A DNA stretch of 64,000 bases, taken from the NCBI GenBank assembly GCA_008501765.1, contig QQUE01000002.1:90520-154519 (forward strand), in the 5' to 3' direction. Position 1 is the stretch's first letter. Every line of letters starts with the position of its first letter. This document shows, one piece after another, positions 22,228-32,795 of the stretch. Below the pieces are notes generated by a model. The model was given only the letters and a program-made list of their open reading frames with translations. It was not told the DNA's origin and ran no database searches. The DNA is from Calditrichota bacterium (GTDB lineage: Bacteria > Zhuqueibacterota > Zhuqueibacteria > Zhuqueibacterales > Geothermadaptataceae). The position numbers were made by a program, and so were the translations under genes.

Positions 22228-22602
22228 TGCTTGGCTCCTTACAACAACAAATTATATAAAATTGTTAGAGGACATTGTATAAACTTGGAATTCGGTTCAA
22301 CTGCTTTTGTGCTTTAACAAGCGAATGAAAGAGCACAGGAGATAAAAATATATCATCAGAAAAACAGCATTAATTTAACTCAATTTTATGCGACATCCAT
22401 GAAATTTTGATGCGCCGAATATAGAGACGCAATTAGAAAGATTCAAGTATAAAGAAATGATTAGTTTGTTCTTTAAATAAGGTAAATTTAGCTATAAAAT
22501 TAAATATATTAGGTCTGAATAATTTAACGGGTTTCGTTTTCTTTTGAGGAAGAAAAAAATCAGGATTCTTGAGATGGTAGTTTGATTGCGAATTGAAATA
22601 AT

Positions 22603-22771
22603 TTAACGTGAGTTCGATGTAAGCTGTAACATTCTTTACCAAGCATAACTAAAATAGAGCGAAGGCGTCTCGCCGAGCGTTTCGTGCGTTATCCTCGGCG
22701 GGACGCCTTCGGACTAGGTCCTATAATTAATTCGTTTTGTCCCAATTCTTCTTATATCGAACTCACGTTAA
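22603..22771. repeat. Nested inverted-repeat element: 16-bp outer arms enclosing an 18-bp GC-rich hairpin
   Basis: TTAACGTGAGTTCGAT (22603-22618) is the exact reverse complement of ATCGAACTCACGTTAA (22756-22771). The inner hairpin spans 22660-22711 (GAAGGCGTCTCGCCGAG / CTCGGCGGGACGCCTTC). The right arm abuts the amidase stop codon at 22773. Confidence 0.6.
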
Positions 22772-22772
22772 T

Positions 22773-24407
22773 TTAAATCCCACGTTCATATTTTATTTTA
22801 AACTTTTTGATACCCTCAAAAATTCCTCGAGCCACCTTCTTTTGGAATCGATAGGAATTCAATAGTTTTTCTTCATTACGGTTGGAAATAAAACCGGTCT
22901 CGATAAGCACATTGGGCATTGAAGCGCCGATCAAAACATAATACCCTGCCTGTTTCACGCCCCGGTTTTTCACTGGCGCGCGCACTGAAATTTTTTCCTG
23001 CATCAGCCCGGCCAGCTCTTCGCTTTCCTGCTGGTATGAATTCTGGGCCATGCTGGCCAGTATATAATTTTCTGTATTGAAATCTGCGTAAGAAGCACTG
23101 TCCGATTCAAATCGAATTACAGCGTTTTCCCTACGGGCCGACTCAATGGCTTCTTCCGTACGCGCTGCTCCCAGCAGGTACGTCGTCAAACCCTGTACTT
23201 TTTTACTGCGGTTGGAATTGGCATGAATGCTGATAAATAGTTTGCCCTGCTCCCGATTGGCTATTTTTGTGCGTTCCTTGAGTGACACAAATCGATCGTT
23301 TTGCCGCGTCATGACAACACGCATATCGGTTTCTTCTTCAATAATTGATTTTAGATGCCGCGCGATAGCAAGAGTCACATTTTTTTCATAAGTTCCGCGT
23401 GGCCCAATTGCACCGGGATCCCTGCCGCCGTGTCCCGGATCCAATATAATCGTATCAATCAGCCACTTTTTTCGTTCGTCTTCCAATGTTTTTATGATAT
23501 CCGAAGAAATCTGCTTCCGCGTTGTCAGCGAAACCAGAATCTCTTGCGATTTGGCGTTGGAAAAAAGTTTCTTCGAATCCAGACTGCCGGATAATAAAAA
23601 TGAAAGTTGAGCCATTTGCGGCAATTGCAGCGGGACAACGTCATCAATAAACCGGCTGTTATTTTTCATATTCACATTGATCGTGTCTACCGTGCTGCCA
23701 AATATATCAATATACAACCACCCGCGGGTTGACCTCAAATTAATATGCGATTCGGGCACGGCCAAACTTGTTTTAATACGGATAAGCGTCCCGTTGGCTT
23801 TTTCATCGATAAATATGCCTGTAACTTCCGGTAAAACTATATTTTCGACAGATGCTTCTTCGGGTGTTCCGTTATTTTCTACAGGGTTAACTTTAGAAGC
23901 AACGGTTTCATCAAGGATGTTTAAAACGGGCCCGGTGGGAGCGGGCATGACATTATTCGATATGTACTTTCGGTTCTTAACGCTGGCCAGTTGCCCCGGG
24001 AAAGCAGGCGCAATGAGGTCGATAAAGAAGGGGACAGGCACATAAATTTCTCCTGCATCATAAGCAGTTTGCACAGGCATCTGAAAGACAACATTATTTA
24101 ACATCACAAATGGATTTAATGCTGTTACCTTAACCTCAGTATCGCCAAGATGGAAAATGGCTTTGCGCGTTTTTTGGCTGATTATTGGATAAGCATTGAG
24201 AATTTTCGCAAATTGCTTGATTCCCACAAATTCAAAATCTTTGGAATGCTTTAATTGCACTGTCGGCAAATCCTGGTATACACCATTGAGCAAAATGGCT
24301 GTTTTTTGGGATTGTGCAAAGGCAGGAAATTGAATAGATAGCAAGAAAAGAAAAAAAACTGTTAGCCCAAAATATCGGGATTGACAGTGTAAATTAGAGT
24401 TCTTCAT
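22773..24407 (-). CDS. N-acetylmuramoyl-L-alanine amidase (AmiC-like, with an N-terminal AMIN-like region)
   Basis: Signal peptide; ILDPGHGGRDPGA and FISIHANS zinc-amidase_3 motifs. Confidence 0.9.
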   Translation of the reverse strand: MKNSNLHCQSRYFGLTVFFLFLLSIQFPAFAQSQKTAILLNGVYQDLPTVQLKHSKDFEFVGIKQFAKILNAYPIISQKTRKAIFHLGDTEVKVTALNPFVMLNNVVFQMPVQTAYDAGEIYVPVPFFIDLIAPAFPGQLASVKNRKYISNNVMPAPTGPVLNILDETVASKVNPVENNGTPEEASVENIVLPEVTGIFIDEKANGTLIRIKTSLAVPESHINLRSTRGWLYIDIFGSTVDTINVNMKNNSRFIDDVVPLQLPQMAQLSFLLSGSLDSKKLFSNAKSQEILVSLTTRKQISSDIIKTLEDERKKWLIDTIILDPGHGGRDPGAIGPRGTYEKNVTLAIARHLKSIIEEETDMRVVMTRQNDRFVSLKERTKIANREQGKLFISIHANSNRSKKVQGLTTYLLGAARTEEAIESARRENAVIRFESDSASYADFNTENYILASMAQNSYQQESEELAGLMQEKISVRAPVKNRGVKQAGYYVLIGASMPNVLIETGFISNRNEEKLLNSYRFQKKVARGIFEGIKKFKIKYERGI

Positions 24408-25239
24408 TCAGATACCGACTCGCTCGTCTGAGAGCAGCCTGCTCCTGTTCGGTCAAGTTATCATAACCGACTTCATTGATTTTGTCCAGTATGGCATCCA
24501 TTTCAGCGCGAATTTCATCTTCTTTTTGGCGCTTTTTAGCTTTTTGAATAATCTGTTTGGTTTCACGTCTTTTTTGATAATGAGCCGCCACGCTGTACAT
24601 TTGCCAGTCAAATTTCAAATACAGTAAACCTACCAGCATTCCACCAAGGTGCGCAAAGTGCGCAACTGCATTATCGGTTCCAAAAACGCCGGAAAATAGC
24701 GAGATTCCGGCCAAAACCATTGCTAAATACTTGGCTTTGATACGCACAGGCAAAACGAAAAATACCAAAAAAGTTAATTCCCTTTCCGGGTACATCAAAG
24801 CAAAGGCTAATATCACGCCGTAAATCGCACCGGAAGCGCCAATAATCGGAATGCTCTGGTTTTCAGGGAAAAACAGCATGTTGAAAAGAATCTGGATTAA
24901 TCCGGCCCCGATGCCACAGATAAAATAATATTTGAGGAAGGCTTTCGCACCCCACTCCCTTTCCAAATCAACACCAAAAATCCACAATATCAGCATATTT
25001 ATCAAAATATGCAGAATTGGTCCATGTAAAAACAGGTAAGTGACGATTTGCCAGATAAATAAATTGTAGAGAAAATAGACGGGAACGAGCCCAAATAAAC
25101 CATTAAAATCGATTTCAAAAAATGTAATGAACAAATTCTGAATTACATAAACACCGATATTGACCAAAATCAGCGTTTTAACCATTTGTGTCATTCCCGG
25201 CCCGAGGCCAAATTGAAATCTCTGGGTTTGGTAACTCAT
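24394..25239 (-). CDS. Rhomboid family intramembrane serine protease
   Basis: GASGAIYG catalytic serine and FAHLGGML histidine. The ATG at 25239 has GGAGAG upstream. Its 3' end overlaps the amidase start by 14 nt. Confidence 0.9.
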   Translation of the reverse strand: MSYQTQRFQFGLGPGMTQMVKTLILVNIGVYVIQNLFITFFEIDFNGLFGLVPVYFLYNLFIWQIVTYLFLHGPILHILINMLILWIFGVDLEREWGAKAFLKYYFICGIGAGLIQILFNMLFFPENQSIPIIGASGAIYGVILAFALMYPERELTFLVFFVLPVRIKAKYLAMVLAGISLFSGVFGTDNAVAHFAHLGGMLVGLLYLKFDWQMYSVAAHYQKRRETKQIIQKAKKRQKEDEIRAEMDAILDKINEVGYDNLTEQEQAALRRASRYLNEEL

Positions 25240-25435
25240 CGTCTCTCCTCTAATGGATCTCTTCAGATGCAAAAATAGAGTGTGGCAGCAAAGCAATCAT
25301 ATAATAAAACAACAACCACAACCTCAAAATGTTTTAACAAATAATCAAACAAACGGAAAAAAATAGACAGGCTTTAAATCTTGAATTTTGCATCTACGCA
25401 AATATAATGTAGTCATCGGTTCTCCCGACTAAAAT

Positions 25436-26086
25436 CTACATCAAATCGAATCGAATGCCGAATCGCAAACCAAAGCCGCTCAAATTGACTTCACTCCAGG
25501 TTGGCAACCCGGCTTTTGACGAAGTTTTGTTACGTGAAGGCTTGGACGAATGATAAAGAAGTTCGCCTGTCAAAGAGGAGCGGCTGCCTATTATGTAATG
25601 AAATCCGGCGCTGGCTTCCCAGCTCAATCCATGATAACGCCGCTTCTCGCTTGTATCTTCCTTGTAGTTGTTTTCTTTGTTAAATAAAAATTCGTAACCA
25701 AGACCACCATGAATTTGGTAGCCAAAATGCCGGGTTGATGGAATAATTATGTTTACCATCCCATATAACGGAATCGAGAAGGTTGTATATTCCAGTTCCT
25801 GCTGTTTCGTTGTTTCCTGAATTCCGCCCTGCGGATCAGCCACCGCCACAGTGGAAACCTTGTTATAGTTGGTGTAGAAAAAATTCGTCGAAATCCCCAA
25901 CTCGACGGTTTCATCGATCGGCGCGGCGAAATCGAAGCCGAGCAACATGCCTGGATCAGCGTCTTTCGGATTCAGGTAGCCAATTTTAATCGCAGACGGT
26001 CTAAATTGGCTCATTAATGCCGAGCTGCTTAAAAAGAATAAACAAGATAAAATTGCAGTGAAAATAAAGAGCTTTGACTGTTTCAT
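25436..26086 (-). CDS. Outer-membrane beta-barrel protein, unknown function
   Basis: Signal peptide MKQSKLFIFTAILSCLFFLSSSALMSQ; alternating strand pattern; C-terminal FGIRFDLM. Confidence 0.6.
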   Translation of the reverse strand: MKQSKLFIFTAILSCLFFLSSSALMSQFRPSAIKIGYLNPKDADPGMLLGFDFAAPIDETVELGISTNFFYTNYNKVSTVAVADPQGGIQETTKQQELEYTTFSIPLYGMVNIIIPSTRHFGYQIHGGLGYEFLFNKENNYKEDTSEKRRYHGLSWEASAGFHYIIGSRSSLTGELLYHSSKPSRNKTSSKAGLPTWSEVNLSGFGLRFGIRFDLM

Positions 26087-26710
26087 TTACCTACCCTGAC
26101 TGAATTAATGAATAGAATGGTTTTTTGTGAAAGTCTGAGGCGGCGAGAAAATCGTGCGATGATTGTTTTTTGACTTTTCAGAAGACACGAATTTTTATGC
26201 ATGACCAAACTTGAAACCAATACCTTTTAGTTCAGAACACCTTAATTATTAAATGCTTAAAAATCAAGTAAAATGTCGTTGTAATTATATCGAAAAACGG
26301 ACTTATTGTTCCCTTGATTTTATCGTGAATCCGGGAGTTTCTTTTAAAAAACAGGGGTACAAATTAAAACGTCACGAGTAAAATCACACCAGGAGTTTCG
26401 CTATTCTTCATCACATCGAGTCGTGATTTTGCCAGATAAGTGAATCACATAGCCGTGCTTTCATTGTCTCACCCTGAGTCAACCGTTCCCATGATTGAAC
26501 AAGTCTCTCGACCTGTTTGTGCAAAAATAAACCCGGTTATTTACCCACTTTCAAATCATCAGGCTCAATCAAATTCGAAAGGATGAAATATCAAACCTAA
26601 AGTTATTTGGCATATTAATTGTTTAAAGTCTTTCACGCTATTTTGCACGGAAGCAAGACAGTTTTTATAACCATAAATTTCAACAGGACGCTTGAAAAAG
26701 CATATAAATC

Positions 26711-27757
26711 ATGAAAAAACAATATAAGTTTGCAATATTTTTCGCACTCACCTTCCTGCTGAACCAGCACATTAACGCTCAGACCACCATCTTCGGCGGC
26801 CGTGGATTGCTGCGCACTCAATCGGCTGAACTAGTCGGCGTGAACCGTTTGTTTATCAATTCCTATTTTTCTGCATTCCTTTTAAGTGAGAAAAACGCAA
26901 ACAGCCTGACAAAAGATTATGGGCTTTCCATCAATGTCACGCTCGGACTCAATAAACACCTGGAAGTCATTGCTCATCTCAAACCCTATCAGGATGATCA
27001 GCGACATATTTGGGGCGCGCCCGGCGACACCCAACTTGGAGTTAAAATTCGCTCCCCATTTTCAGGTTCAATGGTGCACACGGCTTTTCGCCTGTTCGCC
27101 AATTTACCGACAGGGCGTGATTTTGCTGTCGCGTATGAACCCTACGCATCCCGAGAGGTTGGTATTGCCGGAATGGGCCTTATCACCTTTGATTTTACCG
27201 AAGTTTTCGCCGCGCTGCCTGTTAAAACGCACCTCAATTTCGGCTATTTTGATCAAAATATCCACGACCGCTTTTTTCTCAATTTGGAAGATCAATATCT
27301 TCTTGCAGCCGGATTAAAGTTTCCGGTCAGATCTGCGATTTTTTACTCTGAATATAGCGCGGAAATATTTGCTAAAAATGAATTTATCACAAAATACAGC
27401 ATGAATTCCCAGCGATTAACGCAGGGATTCAAATTCCTTGGGCCATGGAATTTAATCTATGATGTTGCCCTCGATCTGTCCCTGGCTTCTGATGTCAATC
27501 GCAATAATGCACCCAATGAATTTCGTAAACAATATGCCGACTGGAAACTTATCCTGGGCCTGAATTACCCCTTTACAATTCAAAAAAAATCACATAAATC
27601 CAATCCACCAACAAGAGATCCTCAAAAATATCCATCAAAAAACCGCGTTCAACCCCACAGGCAAAATATTCTGGATTCAATGCTTGAAATCGAATCTTCG
27701 CTCGATGGGGATAATTCGGTTGAACCCAAAAATAATGACGACTCACAAGATAACTAA
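26711..27757 (+). CDS. Putative outer-membrane protein with a disordered polar C-terminal tail (first gene of the TPR/ExbBD cluster)
   Basis: Signal peptide ...LLNQHINAQ; beta-strand-like alternation; the last ~60 aa are K/N/P/S/D-rich. Confidence 0.6.
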   Translation: MKKQYKFAIFFALTFLLNQHINAQTTIFGGRGLLRTQSAELVGVNRLFINSYFSAFLLSEKNANSLTKDYGLSINVTLGLNKHLEVIAHLKPYQDDQRHIWGAPGDTQLGVKIRSPFSGSMVHTAFRLFANLPTGRDFAVAYEPYASREVGIAGMGLITFDFTEVFAALPVKTHLNFGYFDQNIHDRFFLNLEDQYLLAAGLKFPVRSAIFYSEYSAEIFAKNEFITKYSMNSQRLTQGFKFLGPWNLIYDVALDLSLASDVNRNNAPNEFRKQYADWKLILGLNYPFTIQKKSHKSNPPTRDPQKYPSKNRVQPHRQNILDSMLEIESSLDGDNSVEPKNNDDSQDN

Positions 27758-27769
27758 AGATGGCTTTTA

Positions 27770-29131
27770 ATGAAAAAATTTAAACCGAAGAAGATGCTGA
27801 ATTTACTCCTTGTGTGCCTCCTGCTTTTTTCTGTTTCATCTGAAATTATAAGTGCGGAACCCGCTCCACTATTGCCGGGCAAAGACCGCGATATGGAAAA
27901 AGCTTCCGTTCAGATGTTCAGAAACTCAGTTGAACTTTACAAAGACAAGGAATATTGGAAAGCCGCGAGAGAACTCATCGTCATACTTGATTTTTACAAC
28001 GAATTCAGTCAGATAGATGGCGTGATTTTTTACATTGGCGAATGTCTTTATAATATGCATATGTACAAATCCGCCGAGCGAATGTACAAATACCTGGCTG
28101 AGAATTATGGGGGCAGCAATTACATTCCACACGCACTCCTCGGCCTGCAAAAAATTCAATACAGCGCCGGCATTCATGAAAACTGTATCCAGATTTATAA
28201 TCGAATCGAAGATGATTATAGCAAAAGCAAAGCAAGCGATGGCGCCAGATATTACTGCGGCATGTCTTATTATCATATGCAGGAGTTCGAGCCCGCCATA
28301 GCCGCGTTCAGCAAAATAGACAAGCGCAGTGAATTTTACGATTACGGCCTCTATACAACAGCGCTCTCCTTCCTCAAACAAAAAGAAATGGAGAAAGCCG
28401 TCGAGGTATTTCGCGGCCTCATCAGCTTACCGGTTGTGAGCAAAGAACGGCAGGATTTAATCCGCACGACGCACCTGACCCTGGGTTATTTGTACTATGA
28501 ATTAGGCTACTATCAGGAAGCAATCAAGCACTATTCAAAGATTCCAGTTCATGATGAAACGTATCCCGAGGCGCTTTTGGCCAGCTCCTGGGCATCCATC
28601 AAACTCAACGATTTCCAGCATGCGATTATTTCTTTAAATGAGCTGGTAAAAAGAACGGATGATCCCAAATTTAATGAGGAAGCGCACTTTTTACTCGGGC
28701 AATGTTACTCCGAACTTGAATTTTATGATTTTGCCATTCAGGAATACAATTATATCATCGAACGCTATCCCCGTAAAATCAATATTGAAAAACGAATTCA
28801 ACAAGTACGCGAGGGTCTCGCAGAACAACAACAAATGGCGGAAGCCTTGCGTGTACAACTGATCATTCTTGAAGGCGACCTGATGCATACCATTCCGATC
28901 GATGACCGGAATGAGATTCCCTTGTATCTAAAACAAGAACAAAACCGGGTGGAGAAAACCCAGGATAATCTGATGCAAAAAATCCTTGATGAACGGCTTG
29001 TTTTGGATGATTTTCAGTGGGAATTGTCCAAATTGCGCGAAGATATTTTCATTAAACAGAGTCGCCGTCATTGGAGAGCCTACTCAGAATATGGAAAAGC
29101 GCGCGCATATTTCTTAAAAACGATCCCATAG
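27770..29131 (+). CDS. Secreted TPR-repeat protein with a C-terminal coiled coil
   Basis: Signal peptide; repeated ...A...Y..ALY/YY.G.....G....A...F TPR-like units; heptad-rich tail (QQQMAEALRVQLIILEGDL...). Confidence 0.8.
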   Translation: MKKFKPKKMLNLLLVCLLLFSVSSEIISAEPAPLLPGKDRDMEKASVQMFRNSVELYKDKEYWKAARELIVILDFYNEFSQIDGVIFYIGECLYNMHMYKSAERMYKYLAENYGGSNYIPHALLGLQKIQYSAGIHENCIQIYNRIEDDYSKSKASDGARYYCGMSYYHMQEFEPAIAAFSKIDKRSEFYDYGLYTTALSFLKQKEMEKAVEVFRGLISLPVVSKERQDLIRTTHLTLGYLYYELGYYQEAIKHYSKIPVHDETYPEALLASSWASIKLNDFQHAIISLNELVKRTDDPKFNEEAHFLLGQCYSELEFYDFAIQEYNYIIERYPRKINIEKRIQQVREGLAEQQQMAEALRVQLIILEGDLMHTIPIDDRNEIPLYLKQEQNRVEKTQDNLMQKILDERLVLDDFQWELSKLREDIFIKQSRRHWRAYSEYGKARAYFLKTIP

Positions 29132-29344
29132 TATGTATTTAAATATAATGTCTGAATGCCAAAAAGAAAGAAATCAGGCATGGGATATGGCACACATTCC
29201 AAATTAGTATTAATTTAGACCATTAATTATAAACCCTTTAAAGCTGTTACACTTTTGGCCGCGACATCTGCAGTTCTGCCAAAATTAAACAATAAATATT
29301 GTCGATCCGAATATTTGATACTTAAAAAAAATAAAGCGAACCAA

Positions 29345-32230
29345 ATGAAATCACTGGCAAGTATCATTGCTTTTCTCACTTTTTTCACAAGCTTTGCCTA
29401 TGCACAGCAAGATTTGACAGTACCAGACTCCTCCACCGTTAGTTTGTTAGCTGAAACCGCAGAAATGTTGAGCGAGCTTGACGAAGCCATCAAAGCGAAC
29501 GAGTTCTTGATAAATAATTACCCAAACAGTGATTTTACCCCCACCGTGATGTATCAATTGATGGAATTAAATTACCGCAAAGCAACGCTGATCTACCAGC
29601 ATGATATGGGCAAATACGAGGAAGCTTTGGATGCATTCGACCGGGGTGAACTGCTCGCGCAGCCTCAGTTGCCGACCGTTTCCTATGCTCCAACAATCAA
29701 AAGCGCTTTCGAATTAATCGAAGCGTTTCCGACGGCCGATTTTTTGGATCGCGTTCTTTATCGAATTGCTTTTTGCCATTTTGAATCCGGGGATAAAACA
29801 AAGGCCGTAGAATATTTCAGCCGTCTGATGAAAGATTATCCCGAAAGCGAATACAAAGACGAAGCCCGGTTTCGTTTGGGTGAAATTCATTTTGAAGAAC
29901 ACAATTACGATGAAGCCGCGGCGATTTATGCCAATCTGTTGTTGAGCTATGAAGGGCCTTTTTTCAACATGACGCTTTACAAGCTCGGCTGGTCCTATTT
30001 CAACACCAACAGGTTCGAAAAAGCCATCAGCTCTTTTATATTTTTAATTGATGACTTGAGCCGGGCTGCCGAGGCAAGCACGGACAGTATGCGTGGTGAA
30101 GCCAGCGACTTGCGTGAAGAAGCGATCAGCTACGTCGCTGAAAGTTTTGCAGAAATCGGTGGAGCTGCAACCGCTGAGAAATTCCTCATCGATATGGGAG
30201 AAAAAGAATATAGCGGAGCTATCTTTATCCGGTTGGGGGAACTTTACGAAGAACGCACGTTCTTTGAGGAAGCCGCTGATACCTACGAACGCATGCTAAA
30301 AATTTGGCCATTTGCGCCACGCGCACCTGAAACACAGGAAAAAATAATTCAGGGCTACATTCGCGCTGCTAATAAAGTGGCGGCTGACAAAGCGCGGGAC
30401 GTGATGGTTGCCACCTACGGTCCCGGGAGTGATTGGTCGAAGAAATTTTCCGAGGGCGAATTTTATGATAAAGCCATGGAACTCGTAAGTAAAAATTTAT
30501 ACATCCTTGCCACAGATGCCCAGGCGCGGGCACGCGAACTAAAGTCCGAAAAGGATTACAAAGTGGCATTGGCCCGCTACATGATTTATCTGGAAAAATT
30601 TCCTGAAGGTGAAAATTCAGCGAAAGTCCAATATTACCAGGCTGAATGCTTTTATGAATTGGGTGATTATGCCGGCGCTTTTCAAGCCTACGAAAAAGTT
30701 GTTGTGAATTATCCCGAATCCGAATTTGCCGCAATGGCCGGGTACAACCGGGTAATTTCAGCCATAAATTCGATGGAGGCCATGGGCGTCATTCCAACGG
30801 ATTCATCCATTATTTATATCGGAGATTTTATCGGTTCCGGAAAAAGCGAGACAATACAAATCCCCAATCGCTTTTATGCCGATTTGCTGCATTCGTGCAA
30901 CGACTTTGCCCGATACCTGAAAAAAGACGAAAAATTACCCGAAGTCATGATGAAATACGGCGAAGCATTATTTGAGTTATCCTATTACAAACTGGCCGCA
31001 GAAACCTATAAACTTGTGGTTAATCGTGGCCAGGAATCGCCGTTTAACCTGGCAGCAATAAGTATGATTGCCCAAAGTTACTACAAAAATGGTGACTACA
31101 TGGTTTCCGAGGGCTGGTATCGCAGAATAACACGCGATTATCCGGATTCCCTGCATTATGTTGACAAAGCAAAGAACATGGTGGCTTCTGCCAAGTTTAA
31201 AATTGCTGAAAGACTGAAAGAAGAAGGCAATGTTGAGTTAGCCTCGCGTGCGTTGGCTGTCATCGCCTCAACGTCTGACAACGTTGAAGTTGCCGAGAAA
31301 GCAATAATTCAATCGGCAACCGGTTACGAAGAAACCGGCAACATTAGAAAGGCGATTATTCTGCTCGAAAATTTGCGCCACCGTTTTCCCGATTCAGAAC
31401 AAGTGGATAAATCTTTGATGAAAGCAGCGCAGCTATCCGAAACGCTGCCCGATTACCGGCGTGCTGCGGAAAACTATCTCGAGTTGGTAAATATCCGGCC
31501 GCATTCTGAGTTTGCTGCAAGCGCGCTCTACAATGCCGCTGTCTGTTATGAAAATCTCGGCAAGCATGAACGCGCAGGTGAGCTTTTCGAGTCCTATTCC
31601 GCAACTTATAAGAATGATCCGGAAAAACGCATTGAAGCTATGTGCAAATCCGGTGACGCTGCATTTCGGCGCCAGGATTACAAACGGGCAAAAGATATAT
31701 TTAATTCCGTATTGCGCTACTATCAAAGCAATCGAAATTCAGGTCAGGTTCTCGATGAATTTTACGCAGCACAGGCTCAATTTATGCTCGGTGAAGTCTA
31801 TTTCACACATTATTTAAAAATCAAACTCATCGAGCCGTTGCAGAAAAATATACAACGAAAAGAATCGACGCTGCAGGTTATTGTTAAAGCCTATAATGAT
31901 GCGGCTACTTACCAAATCGCCGACTGGAAAACGGCAGCGTTACATAAACTCGGTGAGGCATTCGAAGAATTTGGACATTTCTGGTGGTCATCAGAACGTC
32001 CTGCAGGATTAGATGCTACGCAAATGGCTTCCTATGAAGCTACTTTGAGAGGGAATAAAGTAGAACCATTTCAATTGAAAGCTCTGGAATTTTATCAATC
32101 GAATATAAAACTCGGAGAAGAAAATAATATACAAAATGACTGGGTAACGCGTAGCCGGACACGTCTTGCAGCACTTGAGAATGTCCTCGGTATGGCTCAG
32201 GCGACCCGTCAGACGACAAGTGACTTTTGA
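29345..32230 (+). CDS. Large secreted TPR-repeat protein (962 aa)
   Basis: ATG 29345 gives the signal peptide MKSLASIIAFLTFFTSFAYAQQ. The track ORF starts at an upstream TTG. Many YbgF/BamD-like TPR units are present (YRIAFCHFESGD, YKLGWSYFNTNR, YYQAECFYELGDY...). Confidence 0.85.
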   Translation: MKSLASIIAFLTFFTSFAYAQQDLTVPDSSTVSLLAETAEMLSELDEAIKANEFLINNYPNSDFTPTVMYQLMELNYRKATLIYQHDMGKYEEALDAFDRGELLAQPQLPTVSYAPTIKSAFELIEAFPTADFLDRVLYRIAFCHFESGDKTKAVEYFSRLMKDYPESEYKDEARFRLGEIHFEEHNYDEAAAIYANLLLSYEGPFFNMTLYKLGWSYFNTNRFEKAISSFIFLIDDLSRAAEASTDSMRGEASDLREEAISYVAESFAEIGGAATAEKFLIDMGEKEYSGAIFIRLGELYEERTFFEEAADTYERMLKIWPFAPRAPETQEKIIQGYIRAANKVAADKARDVMVATYGPGSDWSKKFSEGEFYDKAMELVSKNLYILATDAQARARELKSEKDYKVALARYMIYLEKFPEGENSAKVQYYQAECFYELGDYAGAFQAYEKVVVNYPESEFAAMAGYNRVISAINSMEAMGVIPTDSSIIYIGDFIGSGKSETIQIPNRFYADLLHSCNDFARYLKKDEKLPEVMMKYGEALFELSYYKLAAETYKLVVNRGQESPFNLAAISMIAQSYYKNGDYMVSEGWYRRITRDYPDSLHYVDKAKNMVASAKFKIAERLKEEGNVELASRALAVIASTSDNVEVAEKAIIQSATGYEETGNIRKAIILLENLRHRFPDSEQVDKSLMKAAQLSETLPDYRRAAENYLELVNIRPHSEFAASALYNAAVCYENLGKHERAGELFESYSATYKNDPEKRIEAMCKSGDAAFRRQDYKRAKDIFNSVLRYYQSNRNSGQVLDEFYAAQAQFMLGEVYFTHYLKIKLIEPLQKNIQRKESTLQVIVKAYNDAATYQIADWKTAALHKLGEAFEEFGHFWWSSERPAGLDATQMASYEATLRGNKVEPFQLKALEFYQSNIKLGEENNIQNDWVTRSRTRLAALENVLGMAQATRQTTSDF

Positions 32231-32303
32231 GAAAATCAAGCGTTACGGCCATAGGAAGGCCATAAATTCACACAAAAATGAATGATGATTCGAGGTATTT
32301 AAC

Positions 32304-32678
32304 GTGAAAACTGCAGCCAAAACGTTGTTGGTTTTGTTGCTCATGGGCGCTGCAGTCGGTGCAGGGAATGCACAGACGCAACAGGAGAAACAATCTCCAA
32401 AACCCAAAGCTACCCAACAGCCCTCTGGTAATTATGAAAATCTTCCGGAACCTGACATTACGAAATCGGGGAAGCGTTCTAAAATTTTGCTTGATCAAAT
32501 AGACGTTGTCGGAAGACTATCAAAGCCCCAAGCTATTTTCATCCTGCCGGGAAGTGACCCAAGAGTAGATGGCCTGAAGATCGATCGTTCTTTTCTCGAT
32601 GACATCTTTCGTCCCGTGGAAAAAGATTTTTTCCCACAAAAAGGAAAGCGAAAATTTCGCGGTACAATTCCTTGGTAA
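32304..32678 (+). CDS. Small secreted protein, unknown function
   Basis: GTG start with GAGG upstream; signal peptide KTAAKTLLVLLLMGAAVGAGNAQ; Q/K/P-rich linker. Confidence 0.55.
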   Translation: MKTAAKTLLVLLLMGAAVGAGNAQTQQEKQSPKPKATQQPSGNYENLPEPDITKSGKRSKILLDQIDVVGRLSKPQAIFILPGSDPRVDGLKIDRSFLDDIFRPVEKDFFPQKGKRKFRGTIPW

Positions 32679-32795
32679 TATTGATGTTTTGATCAGCAAT
32701 TTTCATGAGTTTTTCACCATTTATTTTGGTTCATTAAGTAAAATCCAGTTAGCAAAAATTACATTTTTTTTGAAAGATTATAAGGAGGTCGTACC

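Noticed and set aside
22433-22642. A 69-aa minus-strand ORF in the gdhA upstream spacer.
   Set aside because: It has AT-driven N/F/K-rich composition, no RBS, and overlaps the left arm of the inverted-repeat element. It is most likely non-coding.
22603-22771. Idea that the nested repeat is a 6S RNA or a tRNA-like gene (the GAGTTCGAT resembles a T-loop).
   Set aside because: No tRNA cloverleaf can be drawn around GTTCGAT. The element lacks the large central bubble expected of 6S RNA by my manual folding. It is kept only as an unexplained repeat or terminator.
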